Assembly (NCBI GenBank): GCA_905178155.1
Contig: CAJINV010000005.1
Span: 4,257,556 to 4,321,555 of the forward strand
DNA length: 64,000 nt
Source: Amoebophrya sp. A120
Lineage: Eukaryota > Protista > Dinoflagellata
Reading direction: 5' to 3'
Shown in pieces: positions 58,101 to 64,000 of this stretch; position 1 is the first letter of the stretch; the number at the start of each line of letters is the position of its first letter. The notes under the pieces were generated by a model, which searched no databases, was not told the origin of the DNA, and was given only the letters and a program-made list of their open reading frames with translations. The position numbers and the translations under genes were made by a program.

Positions 58101-60559
58101 GGTGGTAGGCGTACCATGTCTCGGAGAGCCACCTTCCCGCGTCCTGCCACATATGGATTGCAAATATGTCTGGGTCTGGAAGAGTGGAACTTGCAATGCT
58201 GTCTGAGAATTCTAAAAATATCTGTGTTGCATGAGCAGTAAGAGGACTCAGTTCTTGGCACGCGGAAAGGGCATTTCTCATGCGTAATTAGCATCAAGAA
58301 GCTCTCAAAAAATCTGTGATGCTAGCACCAGCCTCACAGACCTCACGGGTCATGCAAAATGTGCATGACAAGCCGCGACTCTTCCAGACCCAGACATTTT
58401 TGCAGTTCATACCACATAGCGCGCAGCGATCCGAAATTCTGTGGGTTCAGCGACCCCGCGAGCGAAGCGTTCGGTGGCATCCCGCGGTGGGGGCCCTGCG
58501 ATGATCCTCTCTGCCCGGCTTCGCGCCCTACACCGCGCGGGCTCGCAAAGGGGTCACTCGACCCGTCGAGGGAAAGCTGCGGCCGCCCGATGATAGAACT
58601 TGTTGCGGTTACCGTTGCTGTCGTCATGATACTTGCCGTGGTCGCGTCGAAAGTCGAACCCGTTGCCGCGTCCATTTCACTGCTATCAAATGCAAATATG
58701 TCTGGATCTGGAAGAGTGCATGTTTGTCATGCTTGTCTGGCATGACTCTTAAATCTGTCATGCACGTTACCCAAGCGCCCCACATTGCTGTCCTGCAGAA
58801 ACGCAGTTTGTCATGCAGAACGGGCAACACCTAGAAGCTCAAAAGCTTGTCATGCTGAGCCAGCACCTGTGGCCTCTTCATGATACGCCACCCAGCATCA
58901 CAAGTTTCCACACCCAGACACTTTTACAATCCATAACTGCTAGCGTTGTGCTATGCTGTACAAAGGAGTCGGCCTTTTGATCCTTCCGATGTTGACATTC
59001 AAACTCAGGTCCGTGAAGATAACCACGACCTTTGCACGACAACGGACATCCTTTCCACCTGCTCGTCGTGCGCGAGCAACTACATTTTCCGTTTACGCAA
59101 AGTTCGCAGCGAGCTACCTCTCCACTGGTCCTTCTCAGGCTAAAGAGGGAGGTAAGTCAAAAAAAATTGATGCAAGTTTATGATAAGATACTTTTCAACG
59201 TTCAACTTTCTCAAGAACATCAGCACCTTTGCAATGCATACGCTCGGGGAGACGGTGGATGGTTCCAGCGGGTCCAGGTTATTTCCGTGGTCCATTACAG
59301 CCCGCGTCGCGGTGCCGGCGAAGTCGTCCAAGGCGATGTCATCGTTGGCGTTTCGCACCACCTCGTAATTGCCACTGGAAACAAAGTACCTGTTTTCCGC
59401 GCGACTGAAGATCATGCACAGCACCAGCGGCACGGCAGACAATGCCGACATGGCCGTGGCGTGGTGCCACTCGGGAATTTCGGCGGACACAAAGTAGGTC
59501 AACGCCACCGCCCCGGGCGTCGCGGCCCCCATCCGCCCGAGCGCGGTGGTCTTGCGCCCAGGCGACTCCACGACCTGGGCGAGCAACACGTAGCAGCTGG
59601 GGAAGAAGAAGCCCTGCCCGATACCTGTGATGAGACGCGCGTACTCCAGTTCCGCCTTCGTCTTTGCGAGCACTGCGATGTACAGGGTGCACACGGCGGA
59701 CGACACCAGGGAACATTTCAAAATGAAGTTCGGCAGGTAATACGGCATCGGGTTGCGCTGCAGCACCCGGCTCGCGGTGAACCCACCTAGGATGTAGCCC
59801 ACAAAAAAGGCAGACAACACCTCGCCCTGCTCGTAGGTGCTCAGCTCGAAATCCTGCGCCAACCCCTTCACCATGATGATGGACAAAATCGCCCGCTGCC
59901 AGTAGATGATCCCGCTCGTATGGATGTGGCGGGATCGAAATCGACAAAATCGAAAAACTTGTGATGCATAAAATGTAGGGCACTGAAGGCCTGTATTGGG
60001 GAGCAGGCAAATGAGACCGATTGTCAGCCTGTTTAGGGGCATGCAAAGCAATGCGCTGCCAGAGTAGCATGACAGGAGCAGTCTTCTTTGCCCAAGCAGC
60101 ATGACAGACTGGACCTGGGTGCTCCCAAAATTTGTCACGCGCCACTTGAAAACTGAAGCTCCAACTGAAATCGATTTTGTGCATCACAAATTTTTCGACT
60201 TTGTCAATTTCGACTCTGACACTTCCATAGCTCGCCACGCAGGTGTAGAACACCGGATACGCGAACGCGCCTCCGAACCGGAACGGTGGCGCGGACACGG
60301 CCGACGTGTTGTAGCTAGTACCATGACTACTTGACGAGTTGCTTCCGTGCACCGCGGACAGTGCCACATTGCTCGCCTCGCAACAGAGGTCGCTAACGGT
60401 TTGCGCCAGAGTCTGCAGCAGCAGCCGTATGCGCACAAACAGCCCCGCTCCAAGAAACCGCAGGAACTCGTGCTCCTTTTCCTCGCGGTAGCTATCCCCC
60501 TTCAAATCTTCTGCCTCCTCGTGGTTATGAAAGAACCCCAGTCGCTGGATAACTCTCAA
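55159..60559 (-). CDS. MFS transporter, SLC17/PHT4 anion:cation symporter-like (5' end approximate)
   Basis: IIYWQRAILSIIMV, QGEVLSAFFVGY, ARLITGIGQGFFFPS, AIMACHFCHNWCNFILLAWLPTFF, LDLAGESHVGTLLATTNMVGAIPGIVG, GWEGVF; stop at 55159. Confidence 0.85.
57111..57378. mobile_element. Family-A TIR introner, TSD TTGCT
   Basis: Family-A TIR core and exact TSD; removal is in frame. Confidence 0.9.
57824..58084. mobile_element. Family-A TIR introner, TSD GCCTG
   Basis: Family-A TIRs and exact TSD. Confidence 0.92.
58152..58411. mobile_element. Family-A TIR introner, TSD CCACA
   Basis: Removal gives LRAMWQDAGRW. Confidence 0.92.
58684..58935. mobile_element. Family-A TIR introner, TSD ACTGC
   Basis: Removal gives NASSEMDAATG. 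Confidence 0.9.
59919..60229. mobile_element. TIR introner (family E, about 55-bp TIR), TSD GCTCG
   Basis: TATGGATGTG..TCGAAATCGACAAAATCGAAAAACTTGTGATGCA and its reverse complement; removal gives YTCVASGIIYWQRAILS. Confidence 0.9.
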
Positions 60560-61453
60560 CCGCGGCCATTTCTAGTCTATAGTCATGCAGATCATCTTGT
60601 GCATAGAAGGCCTTGCTCATCTTGCGCAGCACAGCATCATACTTACACCTACGAAAGAACGCCAAATCGCCTTGGATGAGTCAAGCCCCGGTCTGACGCA
60701 CCTCATCATTCAAACGCTGCGGCGAGGACGAGCGGCCTCTGAAAAATGTGCCTCTGGTGCAAGACAGATTTGTGCTGCACATTGTCCCGGTTGAGACCAC
60801 TTACCCATCTGAGCAAGCCATAGTGGTCCGGCGAACCAAAAGGCAATCCAGTACGTGTCGCCATTACGATAGTCATGACGCGAGCTACTTTCTGGGAGCA
60901 CGAGACTCGTGTGGGATTTGCGGTGGTCCTGGCGCATTGGCGTCGCGATTCGACATTCTGCAGTGCGCCGATAAATAGAAGTACTCGTGTTGGGGACGTC
61001 TAAAACTGGTTTCTGCGGCGCATCTATTTTTCACTAACGAGGAATACAGATACGGATCACATTGACCAAATTTGAAAGGTCGCTTCGAAAGAGTTGCACC
61101 ATGTAAGGTTTGCTAAAAGCTGAACTTTGTATCTAGATGGGATGTCGCACATCAACAAGCGACGTCGACGTCTTCCTCATCGTAAAGAAGCCGCGACAAA
61201 CGCACTGCATTTTATTCTTTCTGGGACTTAATTTGCCACCACCATATTCGCAGGAGGTGGGGTGAAAGACCCTCGCACAGAAACCGCGAACACAATTGCA
61301 ACGAACTGAGAAGTTGTACTTGACGTTATTACCAAGCAGTTGGGCGTCCGATTCCTGTACAGACAGTGACAGATAGAAGGGCACACGGCTATACTTTCTT
61401 GTTCGGAAAAAAAAATTATTTGCTTCCAGTAATTATATCAGAGCACGGTATCA

Positions 61454-62143
61454 TTAGTATTCCGATACGTCATTCATAGCCGTTTCCAAAAGCGCTACAC
61501 GTTGTCGCTCCTCGGCCAGTCCTTGACGCACCTGCGCGACGGTCGAGGATTCGGTGCTGCCAACTGCAGGTGAAATGATCGATCCCCCACGGTAAACAGA
61601 TCTTGCTGCATTCGCCCCGCTATCCCTCGCTGCTTTCACCCCGCCACTGCTCGCGCTGCCGTTGTGGATCTGTTGATCTTGCAGTAACGCATAGGTACTG
61701 GGAGAAACGCCAAACTTGTCCGGAGAAGCGTTGGAGGTCTGCTCTTTCGTAGCGAAGAGCTCCTCGTCGAAGGGAGAATAATCGTTGAACTGTTTCTGTA
61801 CAATTTCTGCAAGCGAGGGCTCTCCGTTTTCCCCCTTAGTCCCGAAAGACGCGCCGGCATGAGCGTCGCTCTCCAACTTTGCAACGCGGCTGCCCAATCT
61901 TTCTAAAGATTTCTCAATGTCCTGTAGCAGCGTTGTAGCCTCGGGACTCCTTGCGTCTTTTCCAGCCGGGCTGCTTCGATCGTGCTTTTCGCTTCCAATT
62001 GGGGTTGTTCGCTCCTTCTTGCTCCGTACCTGGATTGTTGAAATATCTCCTGTCGACGCGAGGGACGGGTTAGTACTTACATACAACTTAATGCACACGG
62101 CGACAGAGCACCTGCCTCTCAGGTGATGTACAGAAAAAGACAC
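61454..62143 (-). CDS. Hypothetical protein exon with coiled-coil-like segments
   Basis: 229-codon ORF with LLQDIEKSLERLGSRVAKLE and LAEERQRVALLE; no family recognised. Confidence 0.4.
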   Translation of the reverse strand: MSFSVHHLRGRCSVAVCIKLYVSTNPSLASTGDISTIQVRSKKERTTPIGSEKHDRSSPAGKDARSPEATTLLQDIEKSLERLGSRVAKLESDAHAGASFGTKGENGEPSLAEIVQKQFNDYSPFDEELFATKEQTSNASPDKFGVSPSTYALLQDQQIHNGSASSGGVKAARDSGANAARSVYRGGSIISPAVGSTESSTVAQVRQGLAEERQRVALLETAMNDVSEY

Positions 62144-62713
62144 ACTTTAGCAAAGAACATCACGAAACCGGTTCACTAAACCGCGGCTCCAAACTGGCAG
62201 ATGCGAACTCATGGACTCTAACCTTAACTTTCAGAAGCAGATCTGATTGTTTACGCTAAAGTTGTGAAAATGACACTTTTGGTGCATTCGTGACGTCCAA
62301 CAGTGAACACTACGTAATTTCCCTACAGTGCACTGCGACTTTTCCGCGTTGCAGAGGCTCGTCCAGCGAATATCTGATTCTCGAAGTGTCTCAGTCTCTT
62401 AATCATAATCAAGAAAATCAATCTGTCAGCACGTGTTCTATAGCCGCGTCCGCCGGACCCAGACATAGAACATCATAATTCCTCGGTTACTTGTTCCATG
62501 GAACAGAAATAAAGCAGTGTGACAGTTCTGTCATCTTCGGATTCTCGGAATTTATCTTTTCATCACGTGGCTCCTTCACCGAAAGCCCGGGACTCATGGG
62601 AACAAGTCCAGTTTGATTCGGCGGCGGAGAGGGTAATGCTCCGAACACGAGCACCACGTCCACGTAGTAAGTTCGTTATAATTCGGTTGTTCCTGCACGA
62701 CGTGCCCAATTAC

Positions 62714-63899
62714 TTACTTCTTCTTGGCCTCGAAGACCTTCGCCTCCACGGAAACCACCTTTCCCAACATGACCACACCGTTGCCATCCATAAACGCGAC
62801 GCGGGACAGACCCTCGCAGTTCTTGAAGGAGTCGGCAACCAGCGGCTGCTGCGGCTCGAAGGTGACCTGTGCCATTTCGTTGGACTTCAGGGAGTGCGGC
62901 TCCTCCATCTTCTTACCACCGGTCTCCTTGCCCATCTTCCACTTCAAAGCGGAGATACGGCAGGCGGCGCGACCGCAGCGGACGAAACCGATAGGGGAGT
63001 AGCCGACCTTGATCTCATTCGGGATGTCCAACACCTGTTATTCAAATTTGTTTATACTCGTCTGTAATCTCATTGACGTGGATGCTTTTAATCAAAATAT
63101 ATCATCATCAAGACAGGGTTCCCCATATGTACAAATGAAGCATATGAGACAAACGTTTCCAGCAGCACCTGGATCTGAGCGTCGAAGGCCTTGACGGCGG
63201 AGAGAGTGGTGTCCTTCTTGTAGATCATGACATCACCACCACGCGGCATGTTCTGCTTGTCCAAGTTCTTCACGTTCATACCAACGTTGTCACCCGGCTT
63301 GGCCTCCGGCACAGCCTTGTGGTGCATCTCGATCTGGAACACCTTTCCGGCGCACGCGTTGGCGGCGGTGTGGGTCGGCAAGAAGATGACTTCCTCGTTC
63401 GGCTTGACGATACCCTGCTCCACGCGTCCCGCGAGCACATCACCGACACCCTTAATCTTGTAGATACCGGAGATCGGAAGGCGCATCGGAGCATCGATCG
63501 GACGTTCCGGGACGCGGCACATGTTGTTCAAGCAGTCGTACAAGGTGTCGACGTGAATGGTTTCAGATCCGACCTTGACGTCGGCACCCTTCCACCAGGC
63601 CATGTTGGTGGTCTTCTTCACCAAGTTGTCACCACACCAACCGGAGATCGGCATGAACGGAACGCCGCTCTCGACGAAGTCCTTCTTCCAACCGACCTTG
63701 CCCAACATGTTACGCATTTCGTTGGCAATTTCGTCATAGCGGGCCTGCTTGTAACCAGCGGTGTCGCAGTCCATCTTGTTGATACCAATGATGATCTGCT
63801 TGACGCCCAACAAGTTGATCAAACGGGAGTGCTGACGGGTCTGGCCCTGAATCTCACCAGCCTTGTGGTTACCACGCTGGATAGCGGTGGTGAAGTTAC
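62714..63899 (-). CDS. EFL: Elongation factor-like GTPase (EFL), 3' part; canonical GT-AG intron 63035-63168
   Basis: GNFTTAIQRGNHKAGEIQGQTRQH (EFL-specific), NKMD, PMRLPISGIYKIKGVGDV, EIKVGYSPIGFVRCGR; strong codon bias. Confidence 0.95.
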
Positions 63900-64000
63900 C
63901 TGTTGAACCATGTGCGTTGACGATGAATTTGTTCCCATGCGAAACTCAAGGAGATATTTGTTTTCTTCTGCCTGAGAAATGTGCGCGAAACATCAAACAT

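Noticed and set aside
18651-58830. Recurrent peptides FQTQTFLHLI, PDPDIFTFD, KMSGSG and KCKNVWVWK in many short ORFs as a repeat-protein family
   Set aside because: They are six-frame translations of the family-A TIR; the ORFs cross element boundaries and are not genes.
18338-58935. CRISPR array or REP-like prokaryotic repeats
   Set aside because: The repeats occur as dispersed inverted pairs with TSDs, not tandem repeat-spacer units; there are no cas genes and the context is eukaryotic.
16681-60559. Pseudogenes disrupted by transposons
   Set aside because: Catalytic and structural motifs are intact and frames are restored exactly at the insertions I checked, across many housekeeping genes.

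Overview
Eukaryotic, intron-rich DNA in which every recognisable gene lies on the minus strand. From right to left these are EFL (partial), an SLC17/PHT4-type MFS transporter, YIF1, COG2, an XRRA1-like LRR protein, a LOA1/VPS66-like acyltransferase, a full-size ABCD transporter, an Xaa-Pro aminopeptidase, and a vWA/mucin-stalk membrane protein, plus hypothetical genes. EFL, the single-strand gene block and abundant non-canonical introns point to a dinoflagellate-lineage genome, most likely the syndinian parasite Amoebophrya (inference). The dominant feature is about 41 short insertions (139-499 bp) from several sequence families that share one architecture: TAT...RTA termini, terminal inverted repeats (TIRs) and a 5-bp target-site duplication (TSD). 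Most interrupt coding exons, and deleting the element plus one TSD copy restores conserved protein motifs in frame. No GT-AG pair fits any register I checked, and both orientations occur, so they behave as MITE-derived non-canonical introns (introners). Inverted-repeat introners have been reported in Amoebophrya. The finer rules seen here are the most promising leads: a shared internal TGTSATGC dyad code, repeated stacking onto existing element ends, an in-window empty site, and an age gradient. Gene ends and exon boundaries were read by eye and are approximate.
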